Assembly: GCA_038231135.1 (NCBI GenBank)
Contig: JBBRLX010000003.1
Location: 96,001 to 160,000, forward strand
Direction: 5' to 3'
DNA from: Candidatus Eiseniibacteriota bacterium
GTDB taxonomy: Bacteria; Eisenbacteria; RBG-16-71-46
DNA length: 64,000 nucleotides
A program made the position numbers and the translations under genes. Below are positions 52,930 through 62,083 of this stretch, one piece after another. The notes under the pieces are model-generated. The model searched no databases. It was not told the DNA's origin and was given only the letters and a program-made list of their open reading frames with translations. Numbering within the stretch: the first letter of the stretch is position 1; each line of letters opens with the position of its first letter.

Positions 52930-53844
52930 ATGAATCATCAGGAGCAGTTCCGGCTCAAGGTGGGACTCGCCGAGATGCTCAAGGGCGGCGTCATCATGGA
53001 CGTCCAGACCGCCGAACAGGCGCGGATCGCCGAGGAGGCGGGCGCGTCGGCGGTGATGGCGCTCGAACGCATTCCGGCGCGAATCCGCCGGGAGGGCGGC
53101 GTGGCGCGCATGTCGGACCCCGGTCTCATCAAGGAGATCGAAGCCGCGGTGTCGATCCCGGTGATGGCCAAGTGCCGCATCGGCCACACCGCCGAGGCGC
53201 GCATCCTCGAGACGCTCGGCATCGACTTCATCGACGAGAGCGAAGTGCTGACGCCGGCCGACGAGGAGCATCACGTCGACAAGCACGCGTTCAAGGTGCC
53301 GTTCGTGTGCGGTTGCCGCGACCTGGGCGAGGCGCTGCGCCGCATCGGCGAGGGCGCCGCGATGATCCGCACCAAGGGCGAGGCCGGCACCGGCAACGTG
53401 GTGGAAGCGGTGCGCCACATGCGGTCGGTGATGCGCTCGATCCGCATGCTGAGCGGCATCCCCGAGGACGAGCTGATGGCGGCTGCCAAGAACCTCGGCG
53501 CGCCCTATGAACTGGTGAAGCAGGTGTCGCGCACCGGCCGGCTGCCGGTGCCGAACTTCGCCGCGGGCGGCGTCGCCACGCCGGCGGACGCGGCGCTGAT
53601 GATGCAGCTCGGCGCCGAGGCGGTGTTCGTGGGCTCGGGAATCTTCGAGGTCGGGCTCGACGCCAAGCCCGACGAGCAGCGCCGGGACCAGCTGCGCATG
53701 GCGCAGGCGATCGTCAAGGCCGTCGCCAACTGGAACCGGCCCGAGGTGCTGGCGGAGGTCAGCGAGGGCCTGCCGAAGCCGATGAAGGGCGTGTCGATGG
53801 ATACGATTCCGGACGAGCAGCAGCTCGCGAAGCGGGGCTGGTGA
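52930..53844 (+). CDS. pdxS: pyridoxal 5'-phosphate synthase lyase subunit
   Basis: [47 protein letters not shown], ends RGW. Confidence 0.98.
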   Translation: MNHQEQFRLKVGLAEMLKGGVIMDVQTAEQARIAEEAGASAVMALERIPARIRREGGVARMSDPGLIKEIEAAVSIPVMAKCRIGHTAEARILETLGIDFIDESEVLTPADEEHHVDKHAFKVPFVCGCRDLGEALRRIGEGAAMIRTKGEAGTGNVVEAVRHMRSVMRSIRMLSGIPEDELMAAAKNLGAPYELVKQVSRTGRLPVPNFAAGGVATPADAALMMQLGAEAVFVGSGIFEVGLDAKPDEQRRDQLRMAQAIVKAVANWNRPEVLAEVSEGLPKPMKGVSMDTIPDEQQLAKRGW

Positions 53845-53845
53845 G

Positions 53846-54493
53846 GTGACCGGAGTCCGCGTCGGGGTGCTGGGACTGCAGGGCGACTTCGCCTGCCACG
53901 CGGCGACGCTCGTGGCGCTCGGCGTCGAGCCCGTGCGCGTGTCGCTGCCGCGCGACCTCGAGGGCTGCGAGGCGCTGGTGCTGCCGGGCGGCGAATCCAC
54001 GACGATGCTGCGGCTGCTGCACGCCACCGGGCTCCGGGCGCCGCTCGAGCGGTTCGTCCGCGAGCGTCCGGCACTCGGCACCTGCGCGGGCGCGATCCTG
54101 CTCGGCCGTGGCGCCCTGGGGCTGCCGGCGCCGACCTTCGGCGTGCTCGATGTCGACGTCGCGCGCAATGCCTACGGCCGCCAGGTCGACTCGTTCGAGG
54201 GCGCGGTCGATGTCGCCCCGCTCGGCCGCGCGATCCCCGGCGTGTTCATCCGCGCGCCGCGGTTCACGCGCATCGGCCCCGGCGTCGAGGTGATCGCCCG
54301 GCTCGAGGGGGCGCACGGTCCGGCGCCGGCCGGCGAGCCGGTCGGCGTGCGCGCCGGCGTCACGGTCGCGCTGTGCTTCCACCCTGAGATCGCGGGCGAC
54401 GCCGCGCTGCACGCGTGGTTCCTCGGCACCGTGGCGGGGCTGAGGCTGCCCGCGGACTCGCACGTCCGGCCCGCCGGCGGAGCCGCCGCTTGA
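53846..54493 (+). CDS. pdxT: PLP synthase glutaminase subunit
   Basis: GVLGLQGDF, LPGGESTT, GTCAG, RNAYGRQVDSF, FIRAP, FHPE. Confidence 0.96.
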   Translation: MTGVRVGVLGLQGDFACHAATLVALGVEPVRVSLPRDLEGCEALVLPGGESTTMLRLLHATGLRAPLERFVRERPALGTCAGAILLGRGALGLPAPTFGVLDVDVARNAYGRQVDSFEGAVDVAPLGRAIPGVFIRAPRFTRIGPGVEVIARLEGAHGPAPAGEPVGVRAGVTVALCFHPEIAGDAALHAWFLGTVAGLRLPADSHVRPAGGAAA

Positions 54494-55518
54494 GCCCCGC
54501 GGCGAGCCGCGACCGGGCGGCCCTGCACGAGTTCGTCGCCCGGCACTCCAACTTCCTGCTCACCACGCATCTCAACCCCGACGGCGACGGCATCGGCAGC
54601 GAGGTCGCGATGGCGCTGTGGCTGCGCGCGCGCGGCAAGCACGCGCGCGTGCTCAACGATTCGGTGCTGCCGCATCCGTTCGCGTTCCTGGTGCACGACG
54701 TCACGATGGAATCGTGGGAGTCGGAACTGGCCGAGCGGCGCTTCGACGAGGCCGACGCGCTGGTCGTGCTCGACACCGGCAACCGCCAGCGCATCGGCCG
54801 GCTCGCCGAGCTGATCGACCGCCACGCGATCGCGGTCGCGGTGATCGACCACCACGTGTCGCACCAGGGATTCGGCCAGGTGAACGTGATCGAGCCCGGC
54901 GCGTCCGCGACCGGCGAGATCGTGTACGACCTGATCCGCGAGGGCGGCGACGCGATCACCGTCCCCATGGCGGAGGCGCTGTACGTCGCGCTGATGACCG
55001 ACACCGGCGGGTTCCGCTATTCGAACACCGACTCCGACGCGCATCGCATGGCGGCCGAGCTCCTGGGGTACGGGCTCGATCCGCAACGCCTGTTCGCGCA
55101 GGTCCACGCCCAGGCGTCGGCCGGGCGGCTGCGGTTCTTCGGCGAGGTGCTGAGCGCGCTCGAGCTGCTGGACGACGGCCGCGTGGCGGTGCTCGAGGCC
55201 GCACCCGAGCAGTTCCAGAAACACGCGCTGACCGGCGCCGACACCGAGGGACTGGTCGACATGCCGCGCTCCGTCGCGGGCGTCGAGGTGGTCGTGCTGT
55301 TCTCCGAGATCGAGCCGGGCAAGGTCAAGGTCAGCATGCGCTCGACCGGCCGCGTCGCGATCGACCGCGTGGCGTCGCGGCTCGGCGGCGGCGGCCATCC
55401 GCATGCCGCGGGCGTGCTCATCAAGAGCACGCGGCCCGAGGCGCGCGCGCGCATCCTGCCCGAGCTGTCACGGGTGGTGGGGGAGCTCGACGGCAAACAA
55501 CCGGCGGCCGCCGGATGA
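54490..55518 (+). CDS. nrnA: DHH/DHHA1 phosphoesterase (NrnA nanoRNase / pAp phosphatase)
   Basis: HLNPDGDG, IDHH, TDTGGFRY, KVSMRS, GGGGHPHAAG; start inferred at the overlapping TTG. Confidence 0.9.
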   Translation: MSPAASRDRAALHEFVARHSNFLLTTHLNPDGDGIGSEVAMALWLRARGKHARVLNDSVLPHPFAFLVHDVTMESWESELAERRFDEADALVVLDTGNRQRIGRLAELIDRHAIAVAVIDHHVSHQGFGQVNVIEPGASATGEIVYDLIREGGDAITVPMAEALYVALMTDTGGFRYSNTDSDAHRMAAELLGYGLDPQRLFAQVHAQASAGRLRFFGEVLSALELLDDGRVAVLEAAPEQFQKHALTGADTEGLVDMPRSVAGVEVVVLFSEIEPGKVKVSMRSTGRVAIDRVASRLGGGGHPHAAGVLIKSTRPEARARILPELSRVVGELDGKQPAAAG

Positions 55519-56303
55519 GCTCCGGCGAGGCCGCGCCGGGGCCCGCAGCATCGCGTGGCGCCGCGCCGGGCCGCGTGCACGCGGCCGCCGCGGGGGCCGT
55601 GGCTGAGCCCGTCGGAGTCCCGCCGCGAACGGGCCCGGACCGGACCGTGGCGGCGGGCGCGCCGGCGTTCCGCATCCGCGCCTCGAGCCTCGCGCATCGC
55701 TACGCTCCCGGCCGCGGGCTCGAGGCCATCGACTTTGCGATCGCGTCGCCGGGGCTGATTGCCGTCACCGGTCCCAATGGGTCGGGCAAGAGCACGCTGC
55801 TGCGGATCGTCGCCGGCCTGCTGGAGCCGTCGGCGGGCCGCTGCGAGGTCGAGATCGACGGTGCGCTGCTGCCGCCGGCGGCACGGCGCGCGCGCTGCGG
55901 ATTCGCCGCACCCGAGCTGGCGTTCTACGATGAGCTGACGGTCGGCGAGAACCTCGAATTCGCCGCCGAGGCATCGGGCGCTGTGGATGCGGTCGCCCGC
56001 GTGGACGCGGCGCTCGACCGGGTCGGGCTGCCCGGCCGCCGGCGCGATCGCGTCGCGGCGCTGTCGAGCGGCATGAAGCAGCGCCTGAGGCTGGCGTTCG
56101 CGATCCTGCACGCGCCGCCGCTGCTGCTGCTCGACGAACCGGAAAGCCATCTCGATACCGACGGACGCGAGGTGCTGACGCAGCTGCTTGCGACCCAGCG
56201 CGCCTCGGGCCTCGTGCTGCTCGCCACCAACGACGAACGGGAGTGGAGACGTGCCGACCAGAGGATCGAGCTTCACGGTCGCGGTCTGGGCGATCCTGCG
56301 TAA
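55515..56303 (+). CDS. ccmA: heme-export ABC ATPase CcmA
   Basis: GPNGSGKST, LSSGMKQR, LLDEP; directly upstream of ccmB. Confidence 0.85.
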   Translation: MSSGEAAPGPAASRGAAPGRVHAAAAGAVAEPVGVPPRTGPDRTVAAGAPAFRIRASSLAHRYAPGRGLEAIDFAIASPGLIAVTGPNGSGKSTLLRIVAGLLEPSAGRCEVEIDGALLPPAARRARCGFAAPELAFYDELTVGENLEFAAEASGAVDAVARVDAALDRVGLPGRRRDRVAALSSGMKQRLRLAFAILHAPPLLLLDEPESHLDTDGREVLTQLLATQRASGLVLLATNDEREWRRADQRIELHGRGLGDPA

Positions 56304-56925
56304 GGAGTGGCGCACCGAGTGGCGCACGCGCCACGGGCTCAATGCGTCGCTGCTGTTCGCACTCACCACGCTCACCGCCGTCAGTTTCGCCGTCGGCCGG
56401 CTCGGCGATCGCACCGACCTCATGGGCGGCCTGCTGTGGATCGTGCTGCTGTTCGGCTCGCTGGCGTCCCTGAGCCACGCGTTCGTGCGCGAGGTCGAGG
56501 GCCGCACCCTCACGTTCCTGCGGCTCGTCGCCACGCCCGCGGCGATCGGGTTCGGCAAGCTGCTGTTCAACCTGGCGTTCGTGCTGCTGCTCGAGCTGGT
56601 GACGGTGCCGATGTTCCTGGTGCTGATGGGCGGCCCGCCGCCCGACTGGCCGCCGTTCCTGGGATTGCTGGCGCTCGGCGGGCTGGCGCTCGCCAGCACC
56701 TCCACACTGGTGGGCGCGATCGTCTCGCAGACCCGCGGCCGCGCGGCGCTGTTCGCCGGGGTGTCGCTGCCGCTGCTGCTGCCGGTGATGGCCGCGACCG
56801 TGAGCGGCACGCGGGCGCAGTGGCAGCACGGCTCGATCCGCTCCGAGGTCGAGTTGCTCGCCGGGTTCACCGCCGCCGTGCTGGGAGCGAGTGTTTTGCT
56901 GTACGATCATCTGTGGAACGACTGA
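56251..56925 (+). CDS. ccmB: heme exporter CcmB
   Basis: ILRKEWRTEWRT, FVREVEGRTL, GKLLFN, LPLLLPV; TM-rich; start approximate. Confidence 0.88.
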   Translation: MPTRGSSFTVAVWAILRKEWRTEWRTRHGLNASLLFALTTLTAVSFAVGRLGDRTDLMGGLLWIVLLFGSLASLSHAFVREVEGRTLTFLRLVATPAAIGFGKLLFNLAFVLLLELVTVPMFLVLMGGPPPDWPPFLGLLALGGLALASTSTLVGAIVSQTRGRAALFAGVSLPLLLPVMAATVSGTRAQWQHGSIRSEVELLAGFTAAVLGASVLLYDHLWND

Positions 56926-56986
56926 TCGGCGCCTGGGGTCCCCCGCTCGAGGACCCGCGCCGCGATGATCCAACGCAAAGGACGCA

Positions 56987-57643
56987 ATGATCGCCAAAGT
57001 CCTGCTGTTCCTGTGGATTGCGGCCGCGCTCGCGGCGGGGTTCCTGTGGGCGCCGCTGGTGCCCGGGCTCGGCGCCACCACCCGGGTGCTGTATTTCCAC
57101 ATCCCCGCCGCGTGGATTACAGTCGTGGCGCTGGGGTGGTCCATGGTGCACAGCGTCCTCTACCTGCGGAGCCGGCGGCTGGAGCACGACGACCACGCCG
57201 CCGCGGCGGCCGAGCTGGGCCTGTTGTTCTGCGTCGTGGCCACAGTTAGCGGCGCCATGTGGGCGAAGGCGGTGTGGCACTCGTACTGGAACTGGGATCC
57301 CCGCGAGACCTCGATTTTCTTCCTGCTGTTGATCTACGCGGCGTACCTCGCGCTGCGCAGCTCGATCGAGAACGACGAGCGGCGGGCGCGGCTGTCGGCG
57401 GTGTACTCGGCGATCGCGTTCGTGACGGTGCCGTTCCTGATCTTCGTGGTGCCGCGGATCTACTTCAGCCTGCACCCGGACACGATCATCAATCCGAGCG
57501 GCAAGATCGAAATGGACCCGCGGATCCGGCTCGGGTTCTTCGCGATGCTGATCGGGTTCACCGGGCTGTTTGCGTGGATCCTGCGACTCAAGGTGCGGCT
57601 GGTCCGCATCGAGCGCCGCACGGCGGAGCGGGCGACGGCATGA
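56987..57643 (+). CDS. ccmC: cytochrome c biogenesis protein CcmC
   Basis: YFHIP, WWD motif WAKAVWHSYWNWDPRET, SLHP. Confidence 0.93.
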   Translation: MIAKVLLFLWIAAALAAGFLWAPLVPGLGATTRVLYFHIPAAWITVVALGWSMVHSVLYLRSRRLEHDDHAAAAAELGLLFCVVATVSGAMWAKAVWHSYWNWDPRETSIFFLLLIYAAYLALRSSIENDERRARLSAVYSAIAFVTVPFLIFVVPRIYFSLHPDTIINPSGKIEMDPRIRLGFFAMLIGFTGLFAWILRLKVRLVRIERRTAERATA

Positions 57644-57696
57644 CCGCCGGAGCCCGAACCGGGCCGCGATCGTGTGGCCTGCAAGGAGGTTGAGGG

Positions 57697-57804
57697 GTGG
57701 ACGCCAATTGGGTGGTGCTGGGAGTGGCATTGCTGGCCTGGGGCTTGCTGTTCTTCTACCTGCTCCGGCTGGACGGGCGCCTCAAGGACCTGGAGAAGCG
57801 ATGA
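57697..57804 (+). CDS. ccmD: CcmD-like small membrane protein (35 aa; absent from the ORF track)
   Basis: AAGGAGG RBS at 57683-57689, GTG start; MDANWVVLGVALLAWGLLFFYLLRLDGRLKDLEKR; stop overlaps the ccmE ATG. Confidence 0.8.
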   Translation: MDANWVVLGVALLAWGLLFFYLLRLDGRLKDLEKR

Positions 57805-58193
57805 ACGTCAAGATCGTGGTGGCAGTGCTGCTGCTGGCCGTGGCCGCCGGATTCGGCGTCACGAGCTTTCGCAAGTCCATGACCCCGTACATCTCGTTCG
57901 CCGAGGCGCGGTCGGCGCCGGGACTCGTGCAGGTGAACGGCGTGCTCGCGAACAAGAACTACGTGGCGAATGCCCGTGACCAGTACCTCAAGTTCGATCT
58001 CAAGGATTCGCACGGCGAGGTGATGCCGGTGGAATACCGCGGCGTGATTCCGGGCAACTTCGACCAGGCCACGTCGATCGTGGCGATCGGGCGCTATCAG
58101 GGTGACAAGTTCACCGCCGACCAGCTGCTCGTGAAGTGCCCGTCCAAGTACCAGGCCGAAGCCGAGAAGCAGCGCGGAAAGATGGCCACGTGA
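57801..58193 (+). CDS. ccmE: heme chaperone CcmE, CxxxY variant
   Basis: N-terminal TM helix, VEYRGVIPGNF, LLVKCPSKY. Confidence 0.92.
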   Translation: MNVKIVVAVLLLAVAAGFGVTSFRKSMTPYISFAEARSAPGLVQVNGVLANKNYVANARDQYLKFDLKDSHGEVMPVEYRGVIPGNFDQATSIVAIGRYQGDKFTADQLLVKCPSKYQAEAEKQRGKMAT

Positions 58194-60400
58194 ACCTCGG
58201 TCAGTTCCTGTGCTGGATCGGCTTCTTCGCGGCGCTGACGTCGAGCCTGTGCTGGCTGGCGGCGACCGGCGGCCGCGAGCAGGCGCTGCGCCCGGCGCGC
58301 ATCGCGTTCCGCATCCAGTGGCTCGCGCTGCTCGCAGCGGCGGGCACGCTGTGGTGGATCCTGTTCCGCCACCAGTTCCAGTACCAGTACGTGGCGTCCT
58401 ATTCGTCGAAGGCGATGCCGGCGCGCTACATCTACGCGGCGTTCTGGGGCGGGCAGGAGGGCACGTTCCTCCTGTGGGGGCTGCTCACCACCACGCTCGG
58501 CCTGATCCTGATGCGCGTGAAGAACCACCTGACCGTGCCCGCGATGTTCTTCCTCAACCTGCCGGTCGTGCTGCTGGCGTTCGTCACCGTGATGCGCGGG
58601 CCGTTCCTCGAGTTCCCGCTCGGCCGCGTGCCGCTCGACGGCAACGGCTTGAACCCGCTGTTGCAGGACCCGTGGATGACGATCCATCCGCCGGTGCTGT
58701 TCACCGGATTCTCGTCGCTCGCCGTGCCGTTCGCGATCGCGATGGCGGCGCTGGTGCGCCGCGACTACGACGGCTGGGTGAAGCCCGCGCTGCCGTGGGT
58801 GGTGTTCTCGACCGGCATGCTCGCGACCGGCTTCACGATGGGCGGAGTGTGGGCGTACAAGGTGCTCGGCTGGGGCGGCTACTGGGGCTGGGACCCGGTC
58901 GAGAACGGCTCGCTGATCCCGTGGCTGTGCAACACCGCACTGCTGCACGGGCTCCTGGTGCAGCGCGTGTCGGGCAGCCTCAGGCGCACGAACCTGTTTC
59001 TCGCCATCACATCCTACGTGCTCGTGCTCTACGCGTCGTTCCTCACCCGCAGCGGCGTGCTCGCGGACTTCTCGGTGCACTCGTTCGTGAACCTGGGACT
59101 CAACGGCTTCCTGCTGTCGTTCCTGTTCGTGGTGATGATCGTGGGCTACGGCGCCCTGCTGTGGCGACTGCGCGACATCCCCCAGCCGCCCAAGCCGCTC
59201 GGGAACTTCTCGCGTGAATCCCTGATGTGGCTGGGCCAGCTCGTGCTGATGCTGATGTGCATCCTGACCGCAGTGGGCATGAGCGCCCCGCTCATCACCC
59301 GGCTGTTCGGCCCGGCGTCGAACGTGCAGACCTCGTACTACAACAGCGTGAACGGCCCGCTGGTGATGGCGCTGGCGCTGCTGGTCGGCCTGGCGCCGCT
59401 GATGCGCTGGCGCGAGCAGGACGCCCGGGCGCTGGCCAAAGCCGCGGCGCCGGCGATGATCGGCGCGTTCATCGTGGCGATCGTCGCGGTGGTGCTCGGC
59501 GTGCGCCAGCCGTTGCCGGCCGCGGTGGTGTTCGCGGCGGCGTTCGCGCTGCTCTCGAACCTGGCGGTGACGATCCGCGGGTTCCGCTCGGGCTGGAAGC
59601 ACGGCCTCGCCTACCTCGGGCACTTCGGTTTCGCCGTGATGCTGATCGGCATCGTGTCGTCGTCGGGCTATGGCCGGCAGGTGCAGGTGCAGCTCCCGAA
59701 GGGCGAGGCACGTTCGGCGCTCGGCTACCAGATGACGTTCCAGGGCATCCAGAAAGCCCCCGATGGCAGGGATCACGCGATCGTGGCGGTGGCGATGCCG
59801 GGGCGCACGTTCCAGGCGCGGCCCGCCATGTACTGGAGCGAGTTCAACCAGGGCTACATGAAGAAGCCGTACATCGAGCGCTACGTGACGCACGACCTCT
59901 ACATCTCGCCGCTCGACATGGTGGGCAACGATCCGTCGAGCAAGGCGCTGTGGCTCGGCAAGGGCGAGTCGAAGAAGATCGGCCAGGTCACCTATACGTT
60001 CGAAAACTTCGACATCTCGGGCATGGGCACCGCGAACATGCGGGTCGCGGCGAAGCTGGTGGCGGAGATCAACGGGCGGACCGTGCCGGTGCGGCCGTCG
60101 ATCACGCTGGCCGGCGGCGGCCAGCAGCACGTTCCCGACTACCTGCCGGGGGGCCAGGCCGTGACGATCGTGTCGGTGGACCCCAATCAGGGCCGCGTGG
60201 CGCTCGACGTGCCCGGGCTCGTCGCACCCGCCGCCGAGCAGATTCTGGCGGTCGAGGTCAGCACCAAGCCGCTGATCAACATGGTGTGGCTGGGAGCCAT
60301 CCTGATGCTCGGCAGCGTGTTCCTGAGCATGTTCCGGCGCATCCTCGACGTGCGGCGCCAGACGGTGGCGGAGCGCCAGAGCGGGACGGCGGCAGCCTGA
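58190..60400 (+). CDS. ccmF: cytochrome c synthase CcmF
   Basis: WGGQEGTFLLW, GLNPLLQ, IHPP, WGGYWGWDPVEN, TRSG..SVHSF, KPLINMVWLG. Confidence 0.95.
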   Translation: MNLGQFLCWIGFFAALTSSLCWLAATGGREQALRPARIAFRIQWLALLAAAGTLWWILFRHQFQYQYVASYSSKAMPARYIYAAFWGGQEGTFLLWGLLTTTLGLILMRVKNHLTVPAMFFLNLPVVLLAFVTVMRGPFLEFPLGRVPLDGNGLNPLLQDPWMTIHPPVLFTGFSSLAVPFAIAMAALVRRDYDGWVKPALPWVVFSTGMLATGFTMGGVWAYKVLGWGGYWGWDPVENGSLIPWLCNTALLHGLLVQRVSGSLRRTNLFLAITSYVLVLYASFLTRSGVLADFSVHSFVNLGLNGFLLSFLFVVMIVGYGALLWRLRDIPQPPKPLGNFSRESLMWLGQLVLMLMCILTAVGMSAPLITRLFGPASNVQTSYYNSVNGPLVMALALLVGLAPLMRWREQDARALAKAAAPAMIGAFIVAIVAVVLGVRQPLPAAVVFAAAFALLSNLAVTIRGFRSGWKHGLAYLGHFGFAVMLIGIVSSSGYGRQVQVQLPKGEARSALGYQMTFQGIQKAPDGRDHAIVAVAMPGRTFQARPAMYWSEFNQGYMKKPYIERYVTHDLYISPLDMVGNDPSSKALWLGKGESKKIGQVTYTFENFDISGMGTANMRVAAKLVAEINGRTVPVRPSITLAGGGQQHVPDYLPGGQAVTIVSVDPNQGRVALDVPGLVAPAAEQILAVEVSTKPLINMVWLGAILMLGSVFLSMFRRILDVRRQTVAERQSGTAAA

Positions 60401-60412
60401 TTTTTTTGTTGC

Positions 60413-60441
60413 TTGGCGACTGCACGAATGTGCAGTAAGGT
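60413..60441 (+). promoter_or_regulatory. sigma70 promoter with a palindromic operator (putative LexA box) filling the spacer
   Basis: TTGGCG-N17-TAAGGT; ACTGCAC-GAAT-GTGCAGT perfect inverted repeat at 60419-60436. Confidence 0.65.
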
Positions 60442-60465
60442 GCTCCCGGTGCCTGAAAAAGAGCC

Positions 60466-60726
60466 ATGTTCGAGACACTCAACGATTCCGTCGACGTCCT
60501 CACCGCGTTCACCGAGGGCCGGCTCGAGCCGCTGCGGTTCCGGTGGCGGGGCAGCGTGGTGAGGATTCGCAAGGTCACAGGACGCTGGTCGCGGCGCGAA
60601 GGTCAGACCGTGCTGCGATTCTTTTCGGTCGAAGGTCCGTCGTCCGACACGTACGAGCTGTATTACGACCCCAGAGGGCCGCGGTGGATCCTGAGCCGCG
60701 CCTGGACGGGAGGCGCCGCACCATGA
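60466..60726 (+). CDS. small beta-rich protein (DUF6504-like; resembles the ImuB C-terminal domain)
   Basis: PLRFRWRG...W...FFSVE...YELYYD...WIL pattern; first gene of the dinB operon. Confidence 0.65.
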   Translation: MFETLNDSVDVLTAFTEGRLEPLRFRWRGSVVRIRKVTGRWSRREGQTVLRFFSVEGPSSDTYELYYDPRGPRWILSRAWTGGAAP

Positions 60727-60739
60727 GGGAGCCGTGGGC

Positions 60740-62083
60740 ATGATCCTGCTCGTCGACATGGACTCGTTCTTCGCGTCGGTCGAGCAGGCGCATCACCCGC
60801 ATCTGCGCGGCCGGCCGGTGATCGTGTGTGGCGATCCCAGCCGGCGCGGCGTGGTGACGGCCGCGTCCTACGAGGCGCGGCCGTCGGGAGTGCATGCGGG
60901 CATGCCGCTGCAGGAGGCGCGGCGGCTGTGCCCCGACGCCGAATACGTCGAGGGCAACCCCGACAAGTACGTGGCGACGTCGCTGCAACTGCTCGAGCTG
61001 TACCTCGAATACTCGCCGGACGTGGAGCCGTTCAGCGTGGACGAGGCGTTCGTGGGATTGGGCACGCGGGCGGTCACGCTCGAGGCGGCGCTGGCGATCG
61101 CCGCCGAGATCCAGCGGCGGGTGAGCGAGCGGTTCGCACTCGGGGCGTCGATCGGAATCGGGCCGAACAAGCTGATCGCCAAGATGGCGTCGGGAACACG
61201 GAAGCCACGGGGACTCACGGCGTTCGACGCCGCGGCGTTCTGCGAACACTTCTGGCCCCTCGACGTGCAGGAAATGTGGGGCGTGGGGCCCCAGCTCGCC
61301 GTGCGCATGCGGTCGCTCGGGATTTCGACCGTCGGTGATCTGGCCCACGCTCCGATACCGTTGCTCAAGGGCACGTTCGGTGTAATCGGACCCCAGCTCC
61401 GCGAGGCCGCGTGGGGCGCGGACGACACGCCGCTCGTGCCGTACCATCAGGGCGTCGACGCCAAGTCGATCGGGCACGAGGTCACGCTACCCGAGGATTG
61501 CGCGGCGTTCGATGCCCTGGACGGCACGCTGCTGCGGCTGTCGGACCAGGTGTGCCGGCGGATGCGTGCCGACGGGTTCGTGGCGAAGGTGGTGACGCTC
61601 AAGTACCGCGACCACCGGTTCCAGACCTGCGTGCGCCAGCGTGCGCTCGCGAAGCACACGGACGATCATTTGCAGGTGTACACGGTGGCGAAGGCGCTGT
61701 TCGAGGCGCTGTGGAAACGGGAGCCGGTACGGCTGCTGGGGGTGAGCGTGTCGGGGCTCGAACACTTCACCGTCGACCAGACCGAGCTGTTCGACACCGA
61801 TCGCCGCTCGCGCACGCTGCGCGAGACGCTCGATCGCGTGCGCGACCGGCTGGGGGAGGCGAGCGTGGTGCCGGCGGGCTCGCTGGGCTATCGCCGGTCG
61901 CTGGGCCACGTGCCGTTCGGCGCGGTGGGACCGAATGCGGGGAAGCAGCGCGGCGGTTCGGCGGACTCCGATGGCGCCGACTCCGGGCGATCCAGGTCCA
62001 GTGGCCTCGGCTCCGCTGCCAGCAAGTCGCGGGATCGATTGCGGAAGCTGCGTGAGCGTCCGGGAAGCGAACCCGGGACATGA
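60740..62083 (+). CDS. dinB: Y-family DNA polymerase (DinB / Pol IV-like)
   Basis: VDMDSFFASVE, ASYEAR, SVDEAF (catalytic acidic residues intact), PNKLIAKMAS, VRLLGVSVS, clamp-type motif QTELF. Confidence 0.93.
   Translation: MILLVDMDSFFASVEQAHHPHLRGRPVIVCGDPSRRGVVTAASYEARPSGVHAGMPLQEARRLCPDAEYVEGNPDKYVATSLQLLELYLEYSPDVEPFSVDEAFVGLGTRAVTLEAALAIAAEIQRRVSERFALGASIGIGPNKLIAKMASGTRKPRGLTAFDAAAFCEHFWPLDVQEMWGVGPQLAVRMRSLGISTVGDLAHAPIPLLKGTFGVIGPQLREAAWGADDTPLVPYHQGVDAKSIGHEVTLPEDCAAFDALDGTLLRLSDQVCRRMRADGFVAKVVTLKYRDHRFQTCVRQRALAKHTDDHLQVYTVAKALFEALWKREPVRLLGVSVSGLEHFTVDQTELFDTDRRSRTLRETLDRVRDRLGEASVVPAGSLGYRRSLGHVPFGAVGPNAGKQRGGSADSDGADSGRSRSSGLGSAASKSRDRLRKLRERPGSEPGT

Noticed and set aside
57640..57693. 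17-codon ORF in frame with ccmD (possible TGA readthrough or selenocysteine)
   Set aside because: ccmD has its own strong RBS; no SECIS-like hairpin recognised; the peptide is featureless
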